A DNA stretch of 63,491 nucleotides, the filler included, from Licmophora abbreviata (Eukaryota), in the NCBI GenBank assembly GCA_900291995.1. It is 8 parts of 8 records of this genome, joined end to end, with 100 filler letters (N's around TTAATTAATTAA, not from the genome) between each part and the next. Parts side by side here need not be neighbours in the genome. Positions count along the whole stretch, not along the records: positions 20,557 to 36,024 come from OLMU01001426.1; positions 36,125 to 41,821 come from OLMU01001427.1; 6 more parts are not named here. The stretch is one strand, 5' to 3'. Below, piece by piece: positions 24,720 to 36,192 of this stretch. The notes below the pieces were generated by a model that saw nothing but the letters and a program-made list of their open reading frames with translations, was not told the origin of the DNA and did no database searches. Position numbers and translations under genes: made by a program. The stretch's first letter is position 1. The number at the start of each line of letters is the position of its first letter.

Positions 24720-25022
24720 ATGCCATTAGGCGAAGCGCAAGCCAGTTCGGACCTGGGACCTCCTCCATCCCTTGATCTCGATGCCTCGCCCGTTCCATCG
24801 CAGGTTGGCTCCGCAGTACTCAACTTGCAAGGCGACGTTGTACGCCATAGTGGCTTACTATCACCTGGAAATGCAAGAACTCTCTTCAAGATGATGGTGG
24901 AAACGGCAATGTTGCCGGAATCGACCGACTTTCGTCGGATGACGGTAGCCTTTTCCGATATGCGGTATACGGCGGCGCGCGATGTCTCTCATGTATTTGT
25001 GGTTCAGACTCGAGGGTCCTAG
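24720..25022 (+). CDS. LAMTOR4: Roadblock-fold Ragulator subunit, LAMTOR4-like
   Basis: 100 aa. VPSQVGSAVL..G.V..SG.L..FRRMTVAF..VFVV parallels LAMTOR4 as recalled (IPDQLGYLVL..SSGDL..FKRLSVVF..VFVV). Confidence 0.7.
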   Translation: MPLGEAQASSDLGPPPSLDLDASPVPSQVGSAVLNLQGDVVRHSGLLSPGNARTLFKMMVETAMLPESTDFRRMTVAFSDMRYTAARDVSHVFVVQTRGS

Positions 25023-25474
25023 CAAGAAGATGGAATGAATAATCGCACAAGTGGATAAGACGCAGGGAGAATGAATAGAAGGAAAGAGAGAAAGTTGTGC
25101 TTGTCGTTTGGGGCCATCTTGCGTTTGATTTGGTCCGACTATACTTCCGAGCTTCCGCTGGTCGGCTTACAGAGTAAACGATAACTCAGGTTCACAATTA
25201 TTCTTATGGATGGCATGTGTGATAGATTCCTTCGCCTTTTGTACAATAGCGTGGTCCCGCCCTGGACATAGGCATCAGGTCTATTCGTTCATGTCTAGCT
25301 CACGAAATGTAGAAACAAGCGAGTAAAAAAGTATAAAATAGAAGAGTATCAAGAAAGTTTGTACAATGTACGGTTGGAAAAATCTTGGAAGAAACACATA
25401 GTTCCCATTGTTATCCGTCTTGTGCGAGTGATGAAGTGTGTAAAAGTGCTCTTGATGACGGTGTCTATAAAATC

Positions 25475-26146
25475 TCAGTGTACAGAGGTTTGTCGTCGCT
25501 GCCTTTGTTGAGCGACCATGGACATCAAGAAGCGTTGTGTAGTGCTGTAGGGTTGTTGAAGCATGTAATGGATAGGATGGATGAGTTCCCCAGTCTCACT
25601 GAGGACCATGTCGCTGTCTTCGGCCACCTGGCGCCAATCCCAGTTTTCGGATGCGAATTCTACAGCGTTGCGATTCACATTCATGTAGAGCTCGGTAGGA
25701 TCGGTCCACAACTGATGCTTGATGCGGTCCGAGTACTCTTCTCGCCTTGGAATAGGAAGGACAGACACGGAGCCGTCAAAGGAGACGCTTCGGCTCTTGC
25801 GAGAAGAAGATGTGGTGGACAGACTAGAGGAAGAGGAACAACTCCGTGCGAGAGATGGAGTTGACACGTTGTCCTCGTTCATGCTACCATCAGGATCGGT
25901 TTTGAGAGGTTCCTTACGAATCTTTGGCTTCGGGTGAGAGGATGAGGCCTTTGCCTGTCGATTTTTGGAATTGGAAGGGTTCTGTTCGATCCCAAGTCGA
26001 TTCAGAAATCTTGATCGGATGATGTCCGCTTTCAAGATACGACGACGTGAAGGGGTAGTAGAACTCATCGTTTCTCGAGGAACGAAAGGGACCCGATTTG
26101 ACCTCTCTTCGTTTTTGTTATTCTCAGAGGTAAGTTCAGTCATCAT
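25475..26146 (-). CDS. Hypothetical protein (Ser-rich, conserved-looking C-terminal SVSF..V.VLPIP..YS..LW..E..N..F..WDWR motif)
   Basis: Clean ORF with a motif style common in diatom hypothetical proteins. The start codon is uncertain. Confidence 0.65.
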   Translation of the reverse strand: MMTELTSENNKNEERSNRVPFVPRETMSSTTPSRRRILKADIIRSRFLNRLGIEQNPSNSKNRQAKASSSHPKPKIRKEPLKTDPDGSMNEDNVSTPSLARSCSSSSSLSTTSSSRKSRSVSFDGSVSVLPIPRREEYSDRIKHQLWTDPTELYMNVNRNAVEFASENWDWRQVAEDSDMVLSETGELIHPIHYMLQQPYSTTQRFLMSMVAQQRQRRQTSVH

Positions 26147-26660
26147 GGCGCTTGTACAGGACTGTGATGGCTGCAAAACACATTCTTTTGTGTGATTGAA
26201 TGTTCCCAACCGCCACAACAGAACAAAACAGAACTTTGTGTGCCAGCACGACACAAGACACGGCAGAAAACGTCCCGGCAGAATTTTGCCGCCAAAGAAT
26301 TTCTTCAGCTGGCAGCATCAGTTGAACTTCAAAATGTCCAATTCATGTCGTAGGGTATTAGTTTAACTTCAGTCTTGCTTATGTTCATAAAGGTCTGAAT
26401 CAGATGTTCTCTGTAGAAGTGTACGTAAGATGTACTGTTGTACAGAATTCAGTAGAAATGTACGGAGCATTTGGCTGTGTGTCTGTTCTGTTCGGACAAG
26501 AACCAACGACGAGAATTTGTGAGAAGGGGAAAAGGATACGGAGGGCAGACAGACATGCCATGGCTCGGCACCGTCAGTCCGTCGCCGTATCGCCTCGTCT
26601 TCACTCTCGCTCTGTTTCGGCCACAAAAAATCCAAAAAATCATCTTCACCACATTTCACC

Positions 26661-29600
26661 ATGGCACCGCAGCAGCAGTCGACAACAGGAGCAGCGATGG
26701 ACCCGGTGCCGGTGACGGCCATTGCCATGAAACTGCTCGATGTGCGGCTTAAACCATCGGGTGCAATCATCGATTCCGTCATGGGAGAATTCACAGCTCC
26801 TTCCCGACACGAGATTGCTGTGCTACGAGCCGGAGGAACGGTGGAACTGCACCGCATCTTGACTGCCTCGGACGACGACGAGGGGCCTCGGACATTTCTC
26901 AAGCTCATAACCAGGATGGAAACCCGCAGTGTATTGCGCTCCTGCGCTGTTGTGCGCTTGAGTGGTGAGAAACGGGATGTATTGGCAGTGGGAGCCGATG
27001 GAGGAGCCATTAGTGTCGTGGAGTTTGAAGGCGGACGTGGGAAAGTACTTCACTGCATGACTTTTGGCAAGACAGGATGCCGTCGTGGCACACCGGGTCA
27101 GTATCTATCGGCCGACCCCAAGGGCCGCGCAGTCATGATTTCTGGGATTGAGAAGCGAAAACTAGTGTACGTTTTGAATCGGGATGCCACAGGCAAGCCA
27201 ACAATGGCCAGTCCGCTCGAGGCGCATCGTGCGCGGACTCTGACGTTTGCTACGGTTGGGCTCGACAATGGATACGACAACCCTATCTTTGCGACGCTTG
27301 AGTTGCAGTATGCCGACGACGAAGACATCCTTGCGGGGCAGCAGCAGCATGAGATCGAAAAGCAGCTTGCATACTACGAGCTGGATCTCGGCCTCAACCA
27401 CGTGAGTCGACGGTGGGCGACGACGGCTCATCGGTCCGCATGCTGTCTAGCTGCGGTGCCAGGGGGCGTGGATGGCCCTGGAGGGGTTTTAGTGGGCGGA
27501 GAAGATTACATTGAGTACATGCACGAAGGTCTGGCGGGCAAGCATGGTGGTACGGAATCTGATGAGAAGAGCTTGCATCGCGTCATTTGTCCGGTACCGC
27601 GACGAGAATTGCATCCGGCGAACAAGGGTATGCTCGTCACCACGATTGCAGTGCACAGACAGTCCAAGTCCAAGTTTTTTGCTCTCGCCCAGACTGAGTT
27701 TGGTGACGTGTTCAAAGTGACACTTCAGCGGGACCCGAAGGACAAGACAATGGTGACGGGAATGACGGTCGCTGTGCTTGACGTCCTGCCCGTGGCGAAT
27801 GCCTTTAATGTGAGCAAGCTGGGGATGCTCTTTGTCTCTGCAGAATTTGGTGACCATGCTTTGTATCAGTTTGAGCGAATCGACTTGCCAGATGCGCCTA
27901 CGTGTACGAGCGAAGAGACCAAGACGGCGTTTTTGGAATCCTCCGAAGCCAGCGACACTATTTTTTTCGACACCGCCAATGCGGACAAGATTGCCAGAAA
28001 GTTTCGTCCGACAGTTCTACAGAACTTGCGAAAAATCTATGCTTTGGACAGTGCCGCGCCAACGACGGGGGTGCTGGTGGGAGAGTTGGCTGGAAACGAG
28101 GTCAGTCCGCAGATATACACTCTCAATGGACGAGGGCCCCGGAGTTCCATCCGTATTCTACGCCACGGGGCGGCCGTTACAGAACTGGCTGTGAGCGACC
28201 TTCCAGGAGTGCCAGGAGGGATCTTCACAATTGCTGACAATACCGAAGATGCACAAGGGAGCGAGACTCGGAATGACAAATACATCGTCGTGAGCTTTGC
28301 GGACGCCACGCTGGTACTCAGCGTTGGAGCGACTGTCGAGGAAGTCGGAAAGGAGTCGGGTTTTCTCACCAATGCTCCTACTCTTGCATGTTGTGCACTG
28401 GGAAACAATGGGAGTTTGTGTCAAGTGCACCCCGCTGGAGTTCGCCACATCCACCGCGGTCGCGCCAAGCAGTGGCACTGCCCCGGTCTCAAGAGAATTG
28501 AGTGCGCTAGTGCAAACGAAAGTCAGGTGCTCATTGCTTTGGCTGGTGGCGAGATCATTTACTTTGAGGTTGATCCAGTGAGCGGAAATTTGACGGAGAG
28601 CGCAACAAGAGACATGGGCGCCGATGTGTGCTGCCTTGATGTTGGAACAATCTCGACCGGAAGCAGTCGAAGTCTGTTTGCCGCCGTCGGTTGCCGCGAC
28701 CAGACAGTTCGAATCGTCAGTCTCGAACCAGGTAAGCTTCTTACACAGAACAGTAGTACAGCTCTGCGGTCTCGGCCACATTCCGTAGCCCTACAACAAA
28801 TGGTTGCGCAGTCTGAAGAGGGCGATAAGAGCGGAAACGACACCGCCCTGACGATCGGACTTGACGATGGAAGCTCCTTGCGTGCAAGCGTCGACCCAAT
28901 CACTGGTGCAATCGGAACGAGTCCAACGCGCCGCTTTCTAGGCGCTCGACCCGTGGCAGTCTCTCGAGTCGCAATGGAGTCAAGCTCTGCGACTCTACTG
29001 CTTTCTTCACGTCCTTGGATCAGTCGTTTAGACTCAACCACTGGAAAGCACATCATGGCACCCTTGTCCTACGCGCCCCTGGACTACGGATGCTCCTTCA
29101 GCTCTGACGCCATTCGTGAAGGGATTGTTGCGACAGCAGGAAAAACACTTCGTATTTTGTCCATCGACACCGCTGGTATGGATGGAGGAGAGGACGAGGC
29201 ATTCAACACGAACAAGGTCATGCTTAGATATACGCCGCGCCAGATGACCCTTCTTTCCACTGGTGGGCCTGGAACTACAGAATCGCAACGGACGGTCGTT
29301 CTGGCTGTAGTTGAAAGCGATTACAATGACTACGGAATGGAAGAGAAGAAGGCGTTGGGATTTGATGCGACTGGCCAAGGAAAGGCTGGAGCAAATGACA
29401 AGGACAAGGATGACGGCGACGCAATGGATATGGACGAGGGAAGTGACGAAGAAAATGAAGACAAAAAGGACCAGGACGATGAAGACGAAGAGGATGAGGA
29501 AGAGAAAGAAGCACGGGCGACGCCGATTCGAGGCCCATTCCCGCTTGGTGCAGGGCACTGGGGGTCTTGCATTCGTCTGTTGGATCCTTCGAACTCCTGC

Positions 29601-30712
29601 AACACCTTGGAATGCGTTGAGATGGGCCGCAACGAGGCAGCTCTTTGTTGCACTTCAGTGCGCTTCCATTCTCGAGGAGGGGAGAGTCTACTAGCAGTCG
29701 GCACTGTCACTGGTATGACTATGCACCCATTGAAACAGGAGGCAAGCCATGTTATCTTGTATCGTGTCATCAATGGCGAGCGCTTGCAGTTGCTGCACCG
29801 GACGACAGTAGATGACGGCCCGGTACTAGCCCTAGCTCATTTCCAGGGGCGGCTCCTAGTCGGAGTCGGAAACTCGCTCCGACTCTACGAGATGGGAAAG
29901 CGCCAGTTGCTTCGAAAGTGTGAGATTCGGGGACTGCCAACGATGGTTAAAACTCTCCAGACTGCTGGCGACAGGTGCGTTCCTATGACACTGATCTATG
30001 CTAAGATAGGTCACGATCACCTGACTCACGGTTGCCTACTTCGATTTCATTCTTTTTCCACAGAGCCTTTGTAGGCGACATGATGCGATCGATTCAGATT
30101 GTACGATACGACGCAGCCGCGAACCGGCTTGTCCTGCTTGCCTCCGACCCCACTCCTCGTCCGATATCTGCTCAAGAACTCTTGGACTTGAACACGGTTG
30201 CTGTCGGCGACAAGTTTGGAAACCTCTCCATTCTCCGCTTGCCACGCGGTGCCGACGCGGGAGCGGTCGATCAGAGCGGTACTCGAGCCCTCTGGGACTC
30301 GACGCGCGAGGACACTTCTCCCAAACTCGAGTTGATTTGCCAGTACCATATCGGGGAGGTCATTACGAGCATGACACGAGCCTCGCTGGTGGCAGGTGGC
30401 GCTGAATCGCTGATTTATGTCACCGTGACGGGTCGCATCGGTGCTCTGGTGCCGTTTACATCTCGCGACGATGTAGAATTCTACACGGACCTTGAGGGAC
30501 ACATGCGCACGGATGCCGCTCGACCAACGGGACGGGACCCTCGAGCGTATCGCTCGTACTATGCGCCGGTCAAGCATGTCATTGACGGGGACTTGTGTGC
30601 CGCTTTCAATACGCTGTCCTACGACGAACAAAGTGGCATTGCGGAGCGGCTGGATCGCAGCGTCCCCGAAGTCATGAAGAAACTGGAAGATACGCGCAAT
30701 GCACTGCTTTAG
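26661..30712 (+). CDS. SF3B3: Splicing factor 3B subunit 3 (SF3b130/Rse1). Exons 26661-29974, 30064-30712
   Basis: TFGKTGCRR.TPGQYL.ADPKGRA, KLVYVLNRD, SPLEAH, YELDLGLNHV, YRSYYAPVKHVIDGDLC. Intron GTGCGT..CACAG. Confidence 0.97.
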
Positions 30713-30791
30713 TAGAGAGGGGCAAAGATTAAAAACAATATATAACAAAGGAACTTCTAAGGCTCATTCTATTGTACGCAATGCTATGACT

Positions 30792-31793
30792 CTACGCAGA
30801 ACTCTTCTCCGACGCCGGAAGGAATGTCTCGCTCAATGTATCCCACTGTGTACAGCCGGAACAAGAGGATAGTTTCCGGTCCATCGTATCGAGTGCTTCC
30901 TGAACTCCAACACGCCGTGGTACCTGATCGTCCGGAATGTCGGCATGAGAGCCTCCCCAGAGTACCAGCAATACACATCCATCACCATTGGTGGTTGTAA
31001 AAGACTTGTGAATCGACCCTACTTCATTGACGAGCCATTCCCCTTGTCGCAAGGTATCAAAGTACCAAGACCGTTCGAGATTCGTCAAGTTGGGACCAGT
31101 CAATACTACGTTCTTGTTGTCGCTGTCCTCTGACTCAGTCGCAGCAGGTCGGATGCTCTCTCGCAACGATAGTGGATCACCTGCCATACGAATCTCATGA
31201 AGCGCTCCTCGTATACAATATACAAGCTCAATGTTTGGATGCGCATGCAACCGGAACTGACAGGCTGGAGCACAGTCCATCACGGCCCACTGAAGCGGTC
31301 GGCTATTGGAGCGTGATGTGGAGAGGAACTCACCCAAGTCGTTGTTGGTTTTGATGGCTGAGGTGGTAGTCTGATTCGATTGTTGTTCGTTCTTCCAAAG
31401 TTCGTCAATGGCTTGCACATCTTCTGAAGACAAGACAAGTCGCCGCCGCTGCCTCTTCTCATCGTCCATAGAAGTTGTTGTTGTTGTTATGTATCGATTC
31501 TGCAAGTCGACCGGTAACTTTTGAAACTTGGACAACAAGGCCCATCGAGCACTGGCTTGCCAGTAGGCAGCATCCTCCTCTGCCAACGATGCTGATTTTG
31601 AGGGTAGCTGGTGATACGACTGCATCATGGCCAAGAGTGCACTTCCGGACGGCCAATCGTTTGGAAGTTCGTGCTGCTGCTGCTGCTGCTCATCCGGTTG
31701 TGTACCCTCAACGGATGATGATGCCAACAATGGACCATGATTTTCAATCCGCACTTTTTCTTCTCGCTTTGTCTCGAAGGAGAGTTCGCTCAT
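30792..31793 (-). CDS. Cupin-domain protein of unknown function
   Basis: Cupin motif 1 FRLHAHPNIELVYCIRG and motif 2 GEWLVNEVGSIHKS. Confidence 0.75.
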   Translation of the reverse strand: MSELSFETKREEKVRIENHGPLLASSSVEGTQPDEQQQQQHELPNDWPSGSALLAMMQSYHQLPSKSASLAEEDAAYWQASARWALLSKFQKLPVDLQNRYITTTTTSMDDEKRQRRRLVLSSEDVQAIDELWKNEQQSNQTTTSAIKTNNDLGEFLSTSRSNSRPLQWAVMDCAPACQFRLHAHPNIELVYCIRGALHEIRMAGDPLSLRESIRPAATESEDSDNKNVVLTGPNLTNLERSWYFDTLRQGEWLVNEVGSIHKSFTTTNGDGCVLLVLWGGSHADIPDDQVPRRVGVQEALDTMDRKLSSCSGCTQWDTLSETFLPASEKSSA

Positions 31794-32066
31794 TGTCACA
31801 AGTTATTATTAGTATTAGGAGTACTACAGCGGTGTGTGGTTATTGTATGAATGATCTGTTGTGCTTGGTTGTTGTCGTCTGATTTGTGAGAGTGCAGGTG
31901 AGGTGCGCGCGTATCCCAAAAAGTCAAGCGAGCGCGCAAGAAAGCGATGTGAGCACATGATCCGCTCTGTGTAGTGTCTGTAACATAACACTAGGCAGGC
32001 ACATCCGCCGCCCGGTGTTGTTTGTCATCGCGTTCCAAGAAGGGTCCGTAGCTCGCTAACAGTACG

Positions 32067-34952
32067 ATGAAACCGGAAGGTCGTGACGGTCCTGATGCGG
32101 CCGACCAGGCTGCTGCTACTACTACAACTTCCAGTAGTGATCGTATTGGTGGGGATGCAGTAGGAGGAAGTTCGTCGACACTGCCTACTACTACTGCGAA
32201 TGCTACACACCGTAACACTGCCACCTCACCCTTCTCGTCCTTGCTTACGGCATCGGCGGCAGCCCTCGACGATGAGAACGATCGAGGCTTGCAGGCCGCA
32301 TTAGTCATGTCCCTGCAACCATCAGCACAAGGCGACGACGAGTCATCCCCACCGAACCACCAAAACGCCGGAGAGACCGTTATACCTACAATGGACGACG
32401 ACGAGGATGCTGCACTGCAGGCTGCTCTGGCCATGTCGATGGAAGTCAATACTACTACTACTACTATTATTACTACTACTGAGGAGCCAAGTACGGGCGA
32501 CGACCATGATGCTGCTATTCCTTCGTCCCCGGATCCGCAGTCACAGCAGCAAGATCCTTTTGAAATGAAACAACCATCGTCAGTGTCCGACTCTTCTTTG
32601 TCTGCTCCCCCCTTTTTCAATGTCTCGGCCTTTCATGAAATCATGTGGAGTACGCAGTTGACGACGGACAATGACAAGCGTCGATGGGTAAGCCAGGGGA
32701 TTGACGTAGCAAGAGCCAACGCTGCAAAAAAGATGCAAATTGACACTACGATTGCGTCGTCGAGACACTCCATTGCCAATGATACTGCAGTGATGATGGC
32801 TTCTAATTTTGGTCCGTGGGGACTCATGCAAGCACACGGTGGACCCTGTGGTGTCCTGGCGGCCGTCCAAGCCGAACTGCTGCGGTTGCTCTTGTTTGGT
32901 CGAACTAATACCAATGACACTACTGACTTGGACTACCCCATGCTCTTGACAGACGACGACACTCATACGACAGAAGTTCCCGCATCAGCGACCCGTGTTG
33001 CTATGGATGGAGAACCGCCCGTGTCGGAAGCCCTCGTGCTTCGCGCTCTGGCCATGGCGATTGCCATGATCGTCGCACGCGCGGCGCTCATGCCGTCCGC
33101 TGCCCACGACAGTACATCCGGTGGTGCCATACGAATGAGCAGTGGTGACGGGGCTGCTGTAGGAAGGGAGGATGAAGCAAGCATCGTGCTGCCCGTAGGG
33201 AGTAGTAGTACCTTGTCCTTCTACGAGGGACTCTCCTGGCAAGAACTGGAACCTTGGACCAATTTGCCTGCTACTCTACTACTACTACTACTGATGCTGC
33301 TGCTGCTGCTGCGAACATCAGTCAATAACAACACGAAAAGATCTGGATTTACATTGCAAGTGTTCAAAGTGGCATCCACGTCTGCTGCCAACCCTGTTTA
33401 CAAGCGCCAAAAAATGGATGGTGCCGATTCGCCCCAAAATCAAAACGTATCGCGAGACGATCGCATTGTCCGTCTGGCAAAGGCCATTTCGGGATTTCTC
33501 TTGGAGTCATCGCGACTCGACTACTACCGGAAACCTGGCGGCGTTCTCCTTTTGGTCATGTCATTGGTATGTTCGCGAGGCGAGTCGGTCCTTACGGATG
33601 AAATGGACGATCCCATGGGCACCAAACTTACGTCACAATTTGGTCACTGCAGCCAGGAGCTGATCAACCTCCTCTTGACGGGACAGGCCGTGTCCAACGT
33701 TTTTGACAATACCCTCACGCCATCTGGAGAATTGACGTGTCGCGGTATCCAGATTCGTCCTGCAATCGGTTACTTGTCGCAGCTTGAGGCCATGCGGTAT
33801 TGCGAGGTTGGCGGATACTATAAGAACCCTCGATTTCCGATATGGGTTGTTGGTTCCACGAGTCACTTTACGGTGTTGTTTGGCGAAGCGGCGGCCATCA
33901 AGGAGAGTCAAAGCGATGCGCTGTTAGAAAAGTGCCGACGGGCCTTCAAGACAGTTGAAGGTGGAGAGGAAAACGGGTTCATAGCCAAAAACTCATTGGG
34001 AAAGGCTATCGAATCGCTTGGTATTGATTTGGGTGGCGAGAACGCTCTTCAGGCGTTGGCCGCAATGCTCGAAGTTTCTGGTGCCGGTATCATTCTATGG
34101 GACGACTTCTGGAAGGCAGCCAGTCGTCTCTTGACTGGGGCTTCTGTTGAAAACGTCTTGAATGGAACCGCGATCAGTACTGTCGGCACGACCTCAGCCA
34201 AGGACACCCCACAAGATGACGCCTCTCCTCTCTTGCTGACACAGTTTGGAGAATCCAGCAGCAATCAAGAGGTCCCACCGGCGTTCGACCAGAAACTTCC
34301 CGCCAAGCCACCAGCAGCCGGAGAAACAGACGAAGAAATGGCACAACGGCTCGCCGCCGAGTGGGGGAGTGATAGCAACGAGGCCGCTGTCCCGCAAACG
34401 TCGCCAATCTCATCACCTGCCGCTGCCGCTCGACCCGCAAGTCCCATGGAGATCGAGCGAGCTGCCGGTACCATGAGCGATGAAGAGTACGCACGGCAGC
34501 TTCAGTCGCAATGGGATACCGAGGTCATCGGAGGAGGCAATAGTGTCGCGGCAGTGGATGGATCGCCGCCACGTCACGATAAGAATGAGGTGATTGTATT
34601 CCACGACGAAGACGAAATGTACGATCTGCCGGCTCTAGTACCGGCTGGCCAAAAAGATCCAAACCCTGCCGACGATGGCACGGTGGGTCGACCCGCTGCT
34701 GACTTTGAAAGCTTCGGAGATTCGATTCAGCTCTATCACTACAATGGACTACGAGGAGGAACGCTGACTCCTTTCCGAGTGACACGACTGAGCGCGGAAG
34801 AAGCTGTGGGTGCCAGTATCGCATTGACGCAGCATAGCACCGGAGGGGCATTGATGCAATCTGGTGCGGGCGGTCTGGAAGACATAATACGAACCAAATA
34901 TCCAAGTGCCATGATCAATTGGTTTGGAAAATTACCGCCTAACATAGACTAG
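32067..34952 (+). CDS. MINDY-3/4 (FAM188/DUF4205) family deubiquitinase with UIM, EF-hand-like and MIU-like motifs
   Basis: Catalytic GLMQAHGGPCGVLAAVQA, FGHCSQELINLLLTGQAVSNVFD, IGYLS.LE, PIWVVGSTSHFTVLF, C-terminal IIRTKYP..INW. Confidence 0.9.
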   Translation: MKPEGRDGPDAADQAAATTTTSSSDRIGGDAVGGSSSTLPTTTANATHRNTATSPFSSLLTASAAALDDENDRGLQAALVMSLQPSAQGDDESSPPNHQNAGETVIPTMDDDEDAALQAALAMSMEVNTTTTTIITTTEEPSTGDDHDAAIPSSPDPQSQQQDPFEMKQPSSVSDSSLSAPPFFNVSAFHEIMWSTQLTTDNDKRRWVSQGIDVARANAAKKMQIDTTIASSRHSIANDTAVMMASNFGPWGLMQAHGGPCGVLAAVQAELLRLLLFGRTNTNDTTDLDYPMLLTDDDTHTTEVPASATRVAMDGEPPVSEALVLRALAMAIAMIVARAALMPSAAHDSTSGGAIRMSSGDGAAVGREDEASIVLPVGSSSTLSFYEGLSWQELEPWTNLPATLLLLLLMLLLLLRTSVNNNTKRSGFTLQVFKVASTSAANPVYKRQKMDGADSPQNQNVSRDDRIVRLAKAISGFLLESSRLDYYRKPGGVLLLVMSLVCSRGESVLTDEMDDPMGTKLTSQFGHCSQELINLLLTGQAVSNVFDNTLTPSGELTCRGIQIRPAIGYLSQLEAMRYCEVGGYYKNPRFPIWVVGSTSHFTVLFGEAAAIKESQSDALLEKCRRAFKTVEGGEENGFIAKNSLGKAIESLGIDLGGENALQALAAMLEVSGAGIILWDDFWKAASRLLTGASVENVLNGTAISTVGTTSAKDTPQDDASPLLLTQFGESSSNQEVPPAFDQKLPAKPPAAGETDEEMAQRLAAEWGSDSNEAAVPQTSPISSPAAAARPASPMEIERAAGTMSDEEYARQLQSQWDTEVIGGGNSVAAVDGSPPRHDKNEVIVFHDEDEMYDLPALVPAGQKDPNPADDGTVGRPAADFESFGDSIQLYHYNGLRGGTLTPFRVTRLSAEEAVGASIALTQHSTGGALMQSGAGGLEDIIRTKYPSAMINWFGKLPPNID

Positions 34953-34992
34953 TAGTAAAGAAGACACGTTTCTACTATGCGGTATATCGCGT

Positions 34993-35883
34993 CTACTTTG
35001 TCGTGTCCGCTGTCACGTCCATGGTAAAATCGTAATTGATGGTTGGAATAATGCTGCTGACAAACTTGAGGAAAATAAACAAGTAATTCTCGACCGGCGG
35101 TCCTTCTTCTCCGTCTGTCGACTTGATAAGATTACGAACAATGGTTTTCATGACCTTTCCATGTTGACACGGATGAATGCTGGCATGCGGTCCCGCCACA
35201 TGAGGATGCGTTTCAATCGTCACAGTTTTGTTCGCATAGTCACTGATCACGTCCTCCATCATTTGACTGGCCATGAGTGGCTGGTGCGACTCGGCTGTAT
35301 ACCCCATCATCCAAACCCTAGGCGTCTGATAGTACTTGTCATATGTAATACTGAGATCGTAGGTGCGCACTTTGACCAGATTCGACTCTTCCTCGCTCGC
35401 CGACGGAGCCGCCGCGGCAGCATCGTCCATGAGCACATTGTCGTCTTCGAAATCTGCCATGTCGGCATACTCTTCTTCCTCCTCTTCTTGCTCTGTTTCT
35501 TCTTTCGGAACTACCTCTCCCTCGTCATCGAGAATATCAAATTCATCTTCCAGCGGCTTTTCCTGCACGACCGCCGAAACAAGCCAGTCTTCGTCTTCCC
35601 CGTCCACACCCGACTCGATGGCCATGGCGTTTTCCATAGATGCCACCCGAATCTGACAAGGCACGTTCCGCGTGACTAGATACTGCTTGTCAGGAGGCAG
35701 ATATGTCTTTCTCTTCTTCTCGTCCCCTCCTTCCCAGCTCCATGTGGGACACTTGAAGACGAGTTCGTCGCCCGCGTGAACAAACTCTTCCGGGGTCAGG
35801 ACGCCCTTTTCGAGGAAGGCGGACGTTTTCAGTGTCGGATAAGCCCACTCACGGGCTTTGCGTAAGTAACTTGCAGTTGACAT
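34993..35883 (-). CDS. ATG3: Autophagy E2-like enzyme ATG3
   Basis: GVLTPEEFV.AGD.LV.KCPTWSW, RTYDLSITYDKYYQTPRVW, active site ASIHPCQH, FLKF..IIPTINYDFT. Confidence 0.97.
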   Translation of the reverse strand: MSTASYLRKAREWAYPTLKTSAFLEKGVLTPEEFVHAGDELVFKCPTWSWEGGDEKKRKTYLPPDKQYLVTRNVPCQIRVASMENAMAIESGVDGEDEDWLVSAVVQEKPLEDEFDILDDEGEVVPKEETEQEEEEEEYADMADFEDDNVLMDDAAAAAPSASEEESNLVKVRTYDLSITYDKYYQTPRVWMMGYTAESHQPLMASQMMEDVISDYANKTVTIETHPHVAGPHASIHPCQHGKVMKTIVRNLIKSTDGEEGPPVENYLFIFLKFVSSIIPTINYDFTMDVTADTTK

Positions 35884-36024
35884 GGGGACGAGGGTTGGTG
35901 CAAGCGCCAGGATATGAAGTACAAGAGCAAAGGGTGTAATTGTTCGCCCATGGTCGACGGAGATATGTGTCGACGATGTCGGGATTTGAGTGACTTTTTT
36001 CTGTCTGTGTGTTGGGGATTAGTT

Positions 36025-36124
36025 NNNNNNNNNNNNNNNNNNNNNNNNNNNNNNNNNNNNNNNNNNNNTTAATTAATTAANNNNNNNNNNNNNNNNNNNN
36101 NNNNNNNNNNNNNNNNNNNNNNNN
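36025..36124. other. Artificial scaffold spacer
   Basis: N44-TTAATTAATTAA-N44. Confidence 0.97.
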
Positions 36125-36192
36125 ATCGAGGACAAGCGAAATATTGTAATAGTCGATTCGTGTAGCACCACCAGTGTCTCACGGCAGCGTAG

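Noticed and set aside
30047..30748. Long antisense ORFs (e.g. 30047-30748, 43305-44024, 54248-54937, 6659-7237)
   Set aside because: They are shadows of real genes on the opposite strand, expected from codon bias, and have no motifs.
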